Part shown: piece after piece, positions 8,004 through 18,068 of the stretch | Layout: every line of letters starts with the position of its first letter | Position numbering within the stretch: position 1 is the first letter of the stretch | Source of the DNA: Nibricoccus sp. | GTDB lineage: Bacteria > Verrucomicrobiota > Verrucomicrobiia > Opitutales > Opitutaceae | NCBI GenBank assembly: GCA_047602425.1 | Contig: JASGHG010000001.1 | Span: 5,056,001-5,120,000, forward strand | Reading direction: 5' to 3' | DNA: 64,000 nt | Notes under the pieces: model-generated | Told to the model about the DNA's origin: nothing | Seen by the model: only the letters and a program-made list of their open reading frames with translations | Databases searched by the model: none | Position numbers and translations under genes: made by a program

Positions 8004-9428
8004 TCAACTTTTCGCGGCGGCGGCGTACTTGGCGATGATGCCGTCGAAGGAGCCGTTGGTGAAGAACACCACGACGCGCGAGCAGTCGGCGGGCGCGGGC
8101 AATGTGTCGGTTTTCAGTTTCTCCAACAACTCCGCGTTTGAGGCAAAGGCGTGGGCTTCGCCGCCGTGCACCGCGAGATGCTGCGCGACGGCCTCGGTAT
8201 CGAACCGCTCGTTTGCGGCAAGTTTCTCCCCGCGGTTGACCGCGCCCATGTAAACCTCGTCGGCCAGTGCCAGCGCCTTGGCGAAACCGCCTTGCAGCGT
8301 GCTCGTGCGCGCGGTGTTGCTGCGGGGTTCGAAGACCGCCGTCAAAACTGCGCCTTTGAAACGCGCGCGGAAGGAGCTCAGCGTCTCGGCCAGCGCGGTG
8401 GGATGATGTCCGAAGTCCTCGATCACGGTTAGCGCGGGAGTATTGATGAGGATTTCCTGCCGGCGCTTCACCCCGCGGAAGCGTGCGAGCGCATCGAGTT
8501 TGAAGGCGGTGGGATTTTCCGGCAGCACGGCCAGCGCCGCCGCCGTGGCGGCCATCGCGGCGTTGCGCGCATTGAACTGTCCGTGCAAGGCCCAGCGGAT
8601 CGTGCCCCAGGGTTTGCCCTTCCAGCTCAGCGAAAAACCCGCGCCGGTGGCGTCCTCGGAAAAATCCGTGATGCGCACGTCGTTTTGCTCGCCCGTGCCG
8701 ACGCGAATCACGCGCGTCCAGCTCATCGCGCCAAGCGCGCGGAGATTGATGTCGTCGCCGTTGAGGACGATCCAGCCGTTGCGCGGGACGATGCGCGAGA
8801 GATGCGTGAAGGTGCGTTGCACGTCGGCGAGATCGCGGAAGATGTCGGCGTGGTCGAATTCGAGATTGTTCAACACGGCCACGTGCGGAGCGTAGTGGAT
8901 GAATTTACTGCGCTTGTCGAAAAAGGCGCTGTCGTACTCGTCGCCCTCGATCACAAAGGGATCGCTGGCCTTGCCGAGGTGATTGCCCACCGGAGGATCG
9001 ATCGGAACGCCGCCGATGAGGAAGCCGGGGTCGCGTCCGTTTTCGCGCAACAGGAAAGCCGCCAATGAAGTTGTCGTGGTTTTTCCATGCGTGCCGCAAA
9101 CGACGATGTTGCGCCGCGTCTTCAGCACCGTGTCGTGCAACAACGCCGGCAGCGACGTGAAAGGAATCGCGCGCGTGTCGAGCAACCATTCGACTTCGGG
9201 ATTGCCGCGCGACATGGCGTTACCGATGACGACCAGTTCGGGCGCGAGTTTTTGCAACCGCGCCGGGTCGTACCCCTCGTGCAACGTGATGCCGGCTTTC
9301 GCCAACACGTCGCTCATGGGCGGATACACGCCGGTGTCGGCCCCCAGCACTTCATGCCCGGCCGCGCGCGCCAGCAGCGCCGCGTTGCCCATGGCCGTTC
9401 CGCAAATGCCCATGAAATAGATTTTCAT
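8004..9428 (-). CDS. mpl: UDP-MurNAc:L-Ala-gamma-D-Glu-mDAP ligase (murein peptide ligase)
   Basis: MKIYFMGICGTAMG, GTHGKTTT, EGDEYDSAFFDKRSKF, EFDHADIF, DFGHHPTA, FEPRSNT. Confidence 0.92.
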   Translation of the reverse strand: MKIYFMGICGTAMGNAALLARAAGHEVLGADTGVYPPMSDVLAKAGITLHEGYDPARLQKLAPELVVIGNAMSRGNPEVEWLLDTRAIPFTSLPALLHDTVLKTRRNIVVCGTHGKTTTTSLAAFLLRENGRDPGFLIGGVPIDPPVGNHLGKASDPFVIEGDEYDSAFFDKRSKFIHYAPHVAVLNNLEFDHADIFRDLADVQRTFTHLSRIVPRNGWIVLNGDDINLRALGAMSWTRVIRVGTGEQNDVRITDFSEDATGAGFSLSWKGKPWGTIRWALHGQFNARNAAMAATAAALAVLPENPTAFKLDALARFRGVKRRQEILINTPALTVIEDFGHHPTALAETLSSFRARFKGAVLTAVFEPRSNTARTSTLQGGFAKALALADEVYMGAVNRGEKLAANERFDTEAVAQHLAVHGGEAHAFASNAELLEKLKTDTLPAPADCSRVVVFFTNGSFDGIIAKYAAAAKS

Positions 9429-9642
9429 AATGGAGGTGTCGGGGAAATGTTCGGCTGCGAAAAATGCACGCCGACAACAAAAGGGCGAGTGAGAAGACAG
9501 CGCAATCGCGGTCCGTCCGGACCATTTCGCGTCGACCCGCAAAGCGCGCCCGCAACCCCCTTGGCGGGCGGCAAAAAAAAGTCCGATAAATTCCCATTGA
9601 CGCCTGAAACGGCACCCCCTTTAACTTCGCCCCTTCACGAAT

Positions 9643-9718
<76 letters not shown>

Positions 9719-9789
9719 TTCTGAATAACCTGGCAGAGGGAAACTTGCGAAAGCGCAGAAGCACGGCGGGGTCCGAGGGGAACAACCAA

Positions 9790-10015
9790 ACTTTAGGAGC
9801 GGCTTTACGCCGCGATTCTGCAAATTCAGAACTCTAGGAAAGCCGCTCAACGCAACCGCGCGCCTCACCATCTACGCAATGCGTACTCCGGCTTCGTTTC
9901 CTCCGTTACCTCCTGTAAAACTGTCAGAATTCTGTCCGCCATTTGAACATTTCTGCCGAATCGAACCAACGCGTTGAGTCTATCGCCTCAGAAACGACGA
10001 TCAGATCCGTTTCAC
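9790..10015. repeat. Degenerate REP mosaic downstream of the tRNA
   Basis: taggagcggctttacgccgcga (9794) and cgaaccaacgcgttgagtct...atcaga (9962) are copies of the families at 1-6 kb. Confidence 0.6.
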
Positions 10016-10113
10016 CCGCGGCTGTAACAACTATTCGTAACCGCTAAATCGCGCCGGCCTGTATCTTCGGCGTGTCACCCAAGACTTTCGGCATTTTCAA
10101 CTTCGCGCTTGAC

Positions 10114-10129
10114 TTGACTATTTAGTCAA
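10114..10129. promoter_or_regulatory. Palindromic operator for the TetR regulator
   Basis: Perfect TTGACTA-tt-TAGTCAA ending 15 bp before the TetR start codon. Confidence 0.75.
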
Positions 10130-10144
10130 CTATCCGTTTTCGCC

Positions 10145-10768
10145 ATGGGCAGAACTTCAGATGCCAACGAACGCTTGATGGACGCCGCTCTCGACCTGAT
10201 TTGGGAAGAGAGCTACGGCTCCGTCACGATCGACGATATCTGCAAGCGGGCCGATGTGAAGAAAGGGAGTTTCTATTACTTCTTCAAATCGAAGTCGGAA
10301 CTGGCGGTGGCCGCCTTGGAGCGTCTCTGGACGGAAACGTGGAAGCCCCGGCTCGACAGCGTGTTTTCGCCCTCGTCGGATCCGCTCACCCGACTCACGG
10401 CCTACCTCGTCTCACTTTACGAACGGCAGGTCGAGGTGAAGAAGCAGCACGGTAAAGTGCTCGGTTGCCCGGTGGTTTCCATGGGGTCCGAGACCTGCAC
10501 CTGCGATAACGAAATCAATTTAAAAATCCGGGAGCTGCTCGGTCGCAAACGGCGCTACTATGAGTCCGCCATTCGCGACGCGCTTGCCGAAGGGCAAATC
10601 GCTCCCTGCGATCCGGCGGAAAAAGCCATGGCCTTCGCCGCCTTGATCGAAGGCTCCATTTGCCAGGCTCGCATCATGAACGATCCGGAAGTCACGCGCA
10701 CGCTTCCGACCGTCGCCTTGGGGTTGCTCGGCGCAAAAAAGATTCCCGCGACAACCGCCCAAGTCTGA
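10145..10768 (+). CDS. TetR/AcrR regulator, NemR-like
   Basis: HTH TIDDICKRADVKKGSFYYFFKSKSEL; GCP motif and several Cys in the C-terminal domain. Confidence 0.92.
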   Translation: MGRTSDANERLMDAALDLIWEESYGSVTIDDICKRADVKKGSFYYFFKSKSELAVAALERLWTETWKPRLDSVFSPSSDPLTRLTAYLVSLYERQVEVKKQHGKVLGCPVVSMGSETCTCDNEINLKIRELLGRKRRYYESAIRDALAEGQIAPCDPAEKAMAFAALIEGSICQARIMNDPEVTRTLPTVALGLLGAKKIPATTAQV

Positions 10769-10819
10769 CCTCTTTTCACCGCGCACGGTGTCCCCGTGCG
10801 CTTTCTTTCACGCAAATCA

Positions 10820-10839
10820 CTAACTAAACAGTCAACTAT
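10820..10839. promoter_or_regulatory. Second, degenerate TetR operator upstream of the efflux genes
   Basis: ctaactaaacagtcaactat shares AGTCAACTAT with the 10114 site. Confidence 0.6.
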
Positions 10840-10957
10840 TAGAAAGATTCACGCGAAATAATTCCGTTACGCATTATACTGCGACCGCACTCGCTCAGGC
10901 TCTCGGCAAAGATTCCTCATCCTCACTTTTACCAAGCATCACACTTTTCCTTACAAC

Positions 10958-12175
10958 ATGTCTAAAAACAACACCACCGAACCAGCCTCCCCCACCCGAC
11001 GGATCCTTAATGGCCGCTTGCTGTGGGTCTCGCTCACGTTGGTCGCCGCCTCCCTCGTTACGGTCACGCTTCTGCCTTCGCGTTCCCACGCGTCGCAAAC
11101 CGCCTCGGCCGCACAACCACCCGCTGCCCCCAAAGTCACGGTGGCGCCGGTCGAACAGCGCAATGTCACCGAGTACGAGGAATTGACCGGCCACGTCGAT
11201 GCCACGGAAACGGTTGAGCTTCGCGCCCGTGTTTCCGGACACCTCGATGCCGTTTCCTTCAAAGCCGGGCAAGTAGTGGAGAAAGGCGAGGTCCTCTTCA
11301 CGATCGATTCCCGTTGGTACCAGGCTCAGTACGATCTCGCCGCCGCCCGCGCCGATCTCGCCGAGCGCGAAGCCAAGCGCGCTTCCTCCCTGCTCGCCTC
11401 CTCCGCCATGTCGAACGAAGAAGCCGACAGCCGCCTCGCTCTCGCCGCACAAGCCCGTGCCCAGCTCGCGACCGCCCAACTCGATCTCGAACACACCAAG
11501 GTCCGCGCGCCCATCAGCGGCCGCGTCAGCCGGGCGCTCGTCACCGCAGGCAATCTCGTTTCCGGCACGCCAGGAAGCGCGACGTTGCTCACGACCATCG
11601 TGGCGACTGGCGATGCCTACGTTTACGCAGACGTCGACGAGAACACTTTGCTCAAGTTCAACCGTCTCGCCCGGGAGAATAAAATCCTCACGCAGGACGG
11701 ACGCATTCCGGTCGAACTCCAGCTCGCGGATGAAACCGGGTATCCACGTCGTGGTTACATCGAGTCCGCTGACAATCGCGTCAATCCGTCCACCGGCTCG
11801 CTGCTGCTGCGCATGATTTTTCCAAATCCGGATAATGCGCTTCTGCCGGGACTCTTTGCGCGGGTGCGCATTCCAATCAGCGCGCCACAACCGGCGTTGC
11901 TTATCAGCGAGCGCGCCATCGGCACCGACCAAAGCCAGAAATTCGTGCTCGCTGTCGATCACGACAACAAGGTCGCTTACCGAACCGTCAAACTCGGCAC
12001 CGTCATCGGCAACAAACGCGTCGTGCGCGAAGGTTTGCACGCCGGCGACACGGTGGTCGTGAACGGTCTGCAAAAAATACGGCCCGGCATGGTCGTCGCA
12101 CCCGAAGTGCAACAGGTTGCCCAGGACAGCTCCGAACTTTTACCCGCGGGAAGATCTGTCGCCCACGTTCAATAA
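10958..12175 (+). CDS. RND efflux periplasmic adaptor (MexE-like MFP)
   Basis: VELRARVSG, VRAPISGRVSR..GNLV, DNRVNPSTG, AIGTDQSQKFV, VVNGLQK. Confidence 0.95.
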   Translation: MSKNNTTEPASPTRRILNGRLLWVSLTLVAASLVTVTLLPSRSHASQTASAAQPPAAPKVTVAPVEQRNVTEYEELTGHVDATETVELRARVSGHLDAVSFKAGQVVEKGEVLFTIDSRWYQAQYDLAAARADLAEREAKRASSLLASSAMSNEEADSRLALAAQARAQLATAQLDLEHTKVRAPISGRVSRALVTAGNLVSGTPGSATLLTTIVATGDAYVYADVDENTLLKFNRLARENKILTQDGRIPVELQLADETGYPRRGYIESADNRVNPSTGSLLLRMIFPNPDNALLPGLFARVRIPISAPQPALLISERAIGTDQSQKFVLAVDHDNKVAYRTVKLGTVIGNKRVVREGLHAGDTVVVNGLQKIRPGMVVAPEVQQVAQDSSELLPAGRSVAHVQ

Positions 12176-12249
12176 CTAGCTCTTAAATCCAAAACGATCC
12201 ATTCGGGCCGCCCAACACGGCCACCGCAGCCACTGCTTTGTCCTCATCC

Positions 12250-15200
12250 ATGAATTTCTCCGACTACTTCATCAAGCGACCCATCCTCGCGGGCGTGCTT
12301 TCCATCGTGATCTTCCTCGTGGGCATCATCTCGATGTGGCGTTTGCCCGTCAGCGAATACCCCGAGGTCGCTCCGCCGACCGTCGTCGTGCGCGCGGTCT
12401 ATCCCGGCGCCAATCCCAAGACAATTTCCGAAACCGTTGCCGCCCCGCTCGAGCAGGCCATCAACGGCGTTGAGGATTCGCTCTACATGTTTTCCCAGGC
12501 AACGAGCGACGGCGTGATGACGCTCACCGTAACTTTCAAGATTGGGACAAACCTGGATAACGCGCAGATGCAGGTGCAAAACCGCGTTTCCCAATCTCTG
12601 CCGAAGCTTCCCACCGAAGTGCGCAATCTCGGCGTGACCACGACGAAGACGTCGCCTGACCTGCTCATGGTCGTGCACCTCTACTCGCCGGACAACCGCT
12701 ACGACGACATTTATATTCGCAACTACGCCACGCTTCAGGTCCGCGACGTGCTCGCGCGTCTTTCCGGCGTCGGCCAGGTGCGGGTATTTGGTTCGGGTGA
12801 CTATGCCATGCGTGTCTGGCTCGATCCCAACAAGATCGCCGCCAAGGGGCTCACCGCTTCGGAGGTGGTCGCTGCGATCCGCGAACAAAATGTCCAGGTC
12901 GCCGCCGGCGGCGTAGGCCTGCAGCCCAATTCGCGTCCCGTCGACACCGAACTACTGATTAATACCCAAGGCCGTCTCGCGTCCGAGGACGAATTCGGCG
13001 CCATCATCGTGAAGACCGGCTCGGCAGGAGAACGCGTTCAGTTGCGCGACGTGGCCCGGATCGAACTCGGCGCGTCGGAGTACGCCTTGCGCTCGCGGCT
13101 CGACAACAAATCCGCCGTCGCCCTGCCGGTGGCGCAGCTGCCGGGCTCCAATGCCATCGCCACCGCCGACGCCGTTCGCGCAACCATGAAGGAACTCTCA
13201 GCAAATTTTCCCGAAGGGCTGAGCTACGCCATCGCCTACGACACGACGATTTTTGTACGCAGCTCGATCGAAGCCGTGGTCCACACGCTTTTCGAAGCGA
13301 TCGTCTTGGTTGTCCTGGTCGTCATTCTGTTTCTCCAAACCTGGCGCGCCTCGATCATCCCGCTGGCGGCTGTACCTGTTTCCTTGGTCGGCACGTTCGC
13401 CGTCATGCACGGGCTGGGCTTCTCGATCAACGCGCTTTCGCTTTTCGGCCTTGTACTCGCCATCGGCATCGTGGTCGATGACGCGATTGTCGTGGTTGAA
13501 AACGTCGAACGTCACATTCAACTCGGACGCTCACCCGTCGAAGCGACCAAGCAGGCGATGCGCGAGGTTACCGGGCCGATCGTCGCCACGGCGCTCGTGC
13601 TCACGGCGGTGTTTATTCCCACCGCGTTCATCAGCGGACTCACCGGCCAGTTCTACAAGCAGTTCGCCATCACAATCGCGATTTCAACCGTCATTTCGGC
13701 CTTCAATTCCCTCACGCTTTCGCCGGCGCTCAGCGCGTTGCTGCTCAAGGGCCATCACGCCAAGCCAGACTGGCTCACGCGCGTCATGGACCGCAGCCTG
13801 GGTTGGTTTTTCCGGCCCTTCAACCGCTTCTTCGAGTGGGCTTCGAACAAGTACTCGGCGGGTGTCGCACGTTTGCTGCGGGTCAGCGTGATCGCTCTGA
13901 TTGTCTACGGCGGCTTGATCGGTCTCACTGCACTTTTATACAAGCGGACACCGTCGGGCTTCGTTCCGACCCAGGACAAGCAATACCTGATCGCGTTCGC
14001 CCAGCTTCCGGCCGCGGCCTCGCTGGATCGAACGGACGCCGTGGTGCACAACATGGCCGAACGCGCCCTTGCCCATCCCGGCGTCGCGCACACCATCGCG
14101 TTTCCCGGCCTTTCGATCAACGGTTTCACGAACTCGCCGAACAGCGGCATCGTTTTCGTGGCGCTGAAGCCGTTTGAAGAGCGCAAAGCGAAAAACCTTT
14201 CCGGCCAGGCCATCGCCCAGCAATTGCAGCGCGAATATGCGCAAGTACAGGACGCCTACATCGCGATCTTCCCGCCTCCGCCGGTCCGTGGCGTCGGCAC
14301 CATTGGCGGTTTCAAATTCTATGTCGAAGACCGAAGCGACGCCGGACTCGACGCACTCTTCGATGCGACGCAGGGACTGATGTCCACCGCACGTCAAACA
14401 CCGGGCCTGACCGGGATTTTCTCCAGCTACACGGTCAACACGCCTCAGCTCAAGGCCGAGGTCGACCGCGCCAAGGCCAAGGCGCTCGGTATTCCCCTCT
14501 CCAATCTCTTCGAGACGATGCAGATCAACCTCGGTTCGCTCTACGTTAACGATTTCAATCGGTTCGGCCGCACCTATCAGGTCGTTGCCCAGGCCGATGC
14601 CGAATTCCGCAACACCGCCGACGACATTCTGCGGCTGAAGACCCGCAATTCGTCCGGCCAGCTCGTCCCGTTGGGAACCGTCGTCAAGGTCCAGGAAACC
14701 TACGGGCCCGATCGTGTCATGCGGTACAACGGCTATCCTGCCGCCGAGGTCAATGGCGCCGCCGCTCCCGGCTTCAGCTCGGGCGAAGCCGAGTCCTTGA
14801 TGGAAAAACTGGCCGCCGCGAACCTGCCCAAAGGCATGGCGCTCGATTGGACCGAGCTGACGTTCCAGCGTATCATCGCCGGCAATACAGGCATCTACGT
14901 TTTTCCGTTGAGCATCTTCCTCGTATTCCTGGTTCTCGCCGCGCAATACGAGAGTTTCCGCCTGCCTTTCGCCGTCATTCTCATTGTACCCATGGCGCTC
15001 TTTTCCGCGTTGTTTGGCCTCTGGCTGACGCGCGGCGAAAACAACGTCTTCACGCAAATTGGTCTTATCGTCCTGATCGGTTTGGCGGCTAAAAACGCGA
15101 TCTTGATCGTCGAATTCGCCGTCAAACGGCGCGAGGAAGGCGCAAGCATTCGCGATGCCGCGCTCGAAGCTTCGCGGCTCCGGCTGCGGCCGATTCTCAT

Positions 15201-15435
15201 GACGTCCATCGCCTTTATCGCCGGCGTGTTCCCGCTCGTGACGTCCACCGGTGCCGGCGCCGAAATGCGTCGCGCCATGGGCATCGCCGTCTTCGCGGGC
15301 ATGATCGGCGTCACGTTCTTCGGTCTTTTCCTTACGCCGATTTTCTACGTCGTCCTGGAAAAACTTGGATTGCGGAAATCCGCGTCGGAGCCGGCGCCCG
15401 CGCTTCCCGCCGCTCCAGCGCCTGACGCAGCGTGA
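12250..15435 (+). CDS. RND efflux permease (MexF/OqxB/BpeF family)
   Basis: FIKRPI, GIVVDDAIVVVENVER, GLAAKNAILIVEFA, RLRPILMTS. Confidence 0.97.
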   Translation: MNFSDYFIKRPILAGVLSIVIFLVGIISMWRLPVSEYPEVAPPTVVVRAVYPGANPKTISETVAAPLEQAINGVEDSLYMFSQATSDGVMTLTVTFKIGTNLDNAQMQVQNRVSQSLPKLPTEVRNLGVTTTKTSPDLLMVVHLYSPDNRYDDIYIRNYATLQVRDVLARLSGVGQVRVFGSGDYAMRVWLDPNKIAAKGLTASEVVAAIREQNVQVAAGGVGLQPNSRPVDTELLINTQGRLASEDEFGAIIVKTGSAGERVQLRDVARIELGASEYALRSRLDNKSAVALPVAQLPGSNAIATADAVRATMKELSANFPEGLSYAIAYDTTIFVRSSIEAVVHTLFEAIVLVVLVVILFLQTWRASIIPLAAVPVSLVGTFAVMHGLGFSINALSLFGLVLAIGIVVDDAIVVVENVERHIQLGRSPVEATKQAMREVTGPIVATALVLTAVFIPTAFISGLTGQFYKQFAITIAISTVISAFNSLTLSPALSALLLKGHHAKPDWLTRVMDRSLGWFFRPFNRFFEWASNKYSAGVARLLRVSVIALIVYGGLIGLTALLYKRTPSGFVPTQDKQYLIAFAQLPAAASLDRTDAVVHNMAERALAHPGVAHTIAFPGLSINGFTNSPNSGIVFVALKPFEERKAKNLSGQAIAQQLQREYAQVQDAYIAIFPPPPVRGVGTIGGFKFYVEDRSDAGLDALFDATQGLMSTARQTPGLTGIFSSYTVNTPQLKAEVDRAKAKALGIPLSNLFETMQINLGSLYVNDFNRFGRTYQVVAQADAEFRNTADDILRLKTRNSSGQLVPLGTVVKVQETYGPDRVMRYNGYPAAEVNGAAAPGFSSGEAESLMEKLAAANLPKGMALDWTELTFQRIIAGNTGIYVFPLSIFLVFLVLAAQYESFRLPFAVILIVPMALFSALFGLWLTRGENNVFTQIGLIVLIGLAAKNAILIVEFAVKRREEGASIRDAALEASRLRLRPILMTSIAFIAGVFPLVTSTGAGAEMRRAMGIAVFAGMIGVTFFGLFLTPIFYVVLEKLGLRKSASEPAPALPAAPAPDAA

Positions 15436-15480
15436 GCGCAGGCAACTTTCATTCATCACAAACCTCCAATTTATCGAACT

Positions 15481-16515
15481 ATGGAACACAGAATTCTCGG
15501 CGGTTCAGGTCTCAAGGTCCCGGTACTGAGCTTCGGCACCGCCACCTTTGGCGGTGGCAACGAGTTTTTCGGTGCCTGGGGTAACAGCGACGTCAACGCT
15601 GCGACACGCCTCGTAGACATTTGCCTCGAAGCCGGTGCCAACTTCTTCGACACAGCAGATGTCTACTCCGATGGGCGCGCCGAAGAAATTCTTGGGCGCG
15701 CGATCGCTGGCCGCCGGGATCGCGTGCTCATTTCGACGAAGGCGACGTTCCGTCTGGGTTCTGGTCCGAACGACGTGGGTTCGTCGCGACATCATTTGTT
15801 GCAGTCCGTCGACGCCAGCCTGCGTCGTCTCGGGACAGACTACATCGACCTCTTTCAATTGCATGCATTCGATGCACTCACGCCGGTGGAAGAGGTCTTG
15901 AGCACGCTCGACGGTTTGGTCCGCACTGGAAAAATCCGTTATATTGGTTGCTCGAATTTTTCCGCCTGGCATCTGATGAAGTCACTGGCCGCCTCGGAAA
16001 AACGAGGTTTTGAGCGCTACGTTGCCCACCAGTCCTACTATTCGCTGCTTGAGCGCAGCTACGAATGGGAACTCATGCCGCTCGCCCTCGACCAACGGGT
16101 CGGAACGATTGTGTGGAGTCCGCTGGGCTGGGGCCGCCTGACCGGCAAGATTCGTCGCAACCAACCGCTCCCGGCAACGAGCCGTCTGAATTCATCCCTC
16201 GTAGTCGATCTCGGCCCACCGGTAGTCGACGAGCATTTGTATCGAGTTGTCGACGCCCTGGACGCCGTCGCCGCTGAAACGGGAAAAACCGTGCCGCAGG
16301 TCGCTCTGAACTGGCTGCTCGGCCGGCCCAGCATCGCCAGCGTGATCATTGGCGCGCGTAACGAGGAACAGTTGCGGCAGAACCTCGGCGCCGTCGGCTG
16401 GACGCTCACGCCAGCTCAGATCACACAACTCGATACCGCCAGCGCCACACCCCTGCCCTCACCCTATTTCCATCAACGCGGCCACTTCTCTGAACGCAAC
16501 CCAGCACCCGTCTGA
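15481..16515 (+). CDS. Aldo/keto reductase
   Basis: FFDTADVYSDG, ISTK, SLRRLGTDYIDL.QLH, GKIRYIGCSNF, WSPLGWG. Confidence 0.95.
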   Translation: MEHRILGGSGLKVPVLSFGTATFGGGNEFFGAWGNSDVNAATRLVDICLEAGANFFDTADVYSDGRAEEILGRAIAGRRDRVLISTKATFRLGSGPNDVGSSRHHLLQSVDASLRRLGTDYIDLFQLHAFDALTPVEEVLSTLDGLVRTGKIRYIGCSNFSAWHLMKSLAASEKRGFERYVAHQSYYSLLERSYEWELMPLALDQRVGTIVWSPLGWGRLTGKIRRNQPLPATSRLNSSLVVDLGPPVVDEHLYRVVDALDAVAAETGKTVPQVALNWLLGRPSIASVIIGARNEEQLRQNLGAVGWTLTPAQITQLDTASATPLPSPYFHQRGHFSERNPAPV

Positions 16516-16566
16516 ATACCCACGGTGCACATTCTTCTACTAAAACCATCATCAATCTACCAATCT

Positions 16567-17673
16567 ATGAAAAACACGAAAGCTCCCTCTCTGCTCGATC
16601 CGCTTCCTCTCGGCGACTTGGTATTGCCGAACCGCGTCATCATGGCGCCGCTCACCCGCAGCCGCTCGGGTCCGTCCCGCGTTCCGAATAAACTCATGGC
16701 CGAATATTACCGGCAACGCGCGTCAGCCGGACTGATCCTCACCGAGGCAACCTCGGTCGACCCGATGGGTGTTGGTTATGCCGATACGCCCGGAATCTGG
16801 TCCAAGGAACAAGTCGAAGGATGGAAACTCGTGACCAACGCGGTGCACGAAGCCGGCGGCCGGATCTTCCTTCAGCTCTGGCACGTGGGACGGATCTCGG
16901 ATCCGATTTTCCTCAATGGTAAACTTCCCGTCGCGCCCAGCGCACTGGCCGCGGAAGGCCACGTGAGTCTTGTTCGGCCACAACGCCGCTACGTCACACC
17001 GCGGGCGCTCGAACGCGACGAAATCCCAGGCATTATCGAAGCCTACAAGCGCGGCGCGGCCAATGCGCTCGAAGCCGGCTTTGACGGCGTCGAATTGCAT
17101 GGGGCCAACGGCTATTTGCTCGATCAATTTTTGCAGGACCGAACCAATCGCCGTACGGACGACTACGGCGGTCCCGTCGAAAACCGCGCTCGCCTTATGC
17201 TCGAAGCGGTCGACGCGGCCATCTCGGTTTGGGGCCCAGGCCGTGTCGGCTTGCACCTCGCACCCCGCGGCGACTCTCACTCCATGGGCGATTCGGATCC
17301 CGCGAAGACGTTTGGTTACGTCGCCCGTGAAGCCAGCAAGCGCAAGCTCGCGTTTCTTTTCGCCCGCGAGAATCTCGCGCCGGGCCGCATCGGGCCGGAA
17401 TTGAAAAAGGCCTTCGGCGGACCGTTCATTGCCAATCAAGGACTCACGCCCGCCGAAGCCAACGCGTTACTCGCGAAGGGCGAAGCCGACGCCGTCGGTT
17501 TCGGCGTGCTCTTCATCGCCAATCCCGATTTGCCGGACCGCATCGCGACCGGCAACCCTCTGAACGCGCCCGATCAATCAACCTTCTACTCGGGTGGTGC
17601 GCACGGCTACACTGACTATCCAAGCGCCATGCTTCAATCGGCCAGATCTTCGAGTGCTGCGGTCGCGACTTAA
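16567..17673 (+). CDS. Old yellow enzyme alkene reductase (NemA/XenB-like)
   Basis: NRVIMAPLTR, QRASAGLI, QLWHVGR, ELHGANGYLLDQF, FIANPDL. Confidence 0.95.
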   Translation: MKNTKAPSLLDPLPLGDLVLPNRVIMAPLTRSRSGPSRVPNKLMAEYYRQRASAGLILTEATSVDPMGVGYADTPGIWSKEQVEGWKLVTNAVHEAGGRIFLQLWHVGRISDPIFLNGKLPVAPSALAAEGHVSLVRPQRRYVTPRALERDEIPGIIEAYKRGAANALEAGFDGVELHGANGYLLDQFLQDRTNRRTDDYGGPVENRARLMLEAVDAAISVWGPGRVGLHLAPRGDSHSMGDSDPAKTFGYVAREASKRKLAFLFARENLAPGRIGPELKKAFGGPFIANQGLTPAEANALLAKGEADAVGFGVLFIANPDLPDRIATGNPLNAPDQSTFYSGGAHGYTDYPSAMLQSARSSSAAVAT

Positions 17674-18068
17674 CAACTCGCAGCCTCTCAAACGCCCGGG
17701 CGCGTCTTGTCAGTTTTCATAGCGCGTCCGGGCAATAATTTTCCCTCCCGGCAGTGTCCGAAAACCAATGCATCATTCGTTGCTTCTTTATGCAGCCGGT
17801 CTCGCAAGCGTCACACACCTTTGAAAACAGCATCTCGTCATGATCTTCATCGCCATATTTCTGGGCATCTTCATTCTCTTCACCGCGTGGGACAGCGCGG
17901 GTGAGGATTTTCGCTGAATCGCCACGCGGTCTCCGTCCGCCTGTGCTTTCCGCCCTCGATCGCGGACGCGTTCAAACGGCGGTCAGGGCGGGAAATGTTC
18001 TTGGTTGCCGGAGCGAAAACAAGTTGGACACGCCCAATGGTTTCGCACCCTCTGTCTGGTAACCGAAA

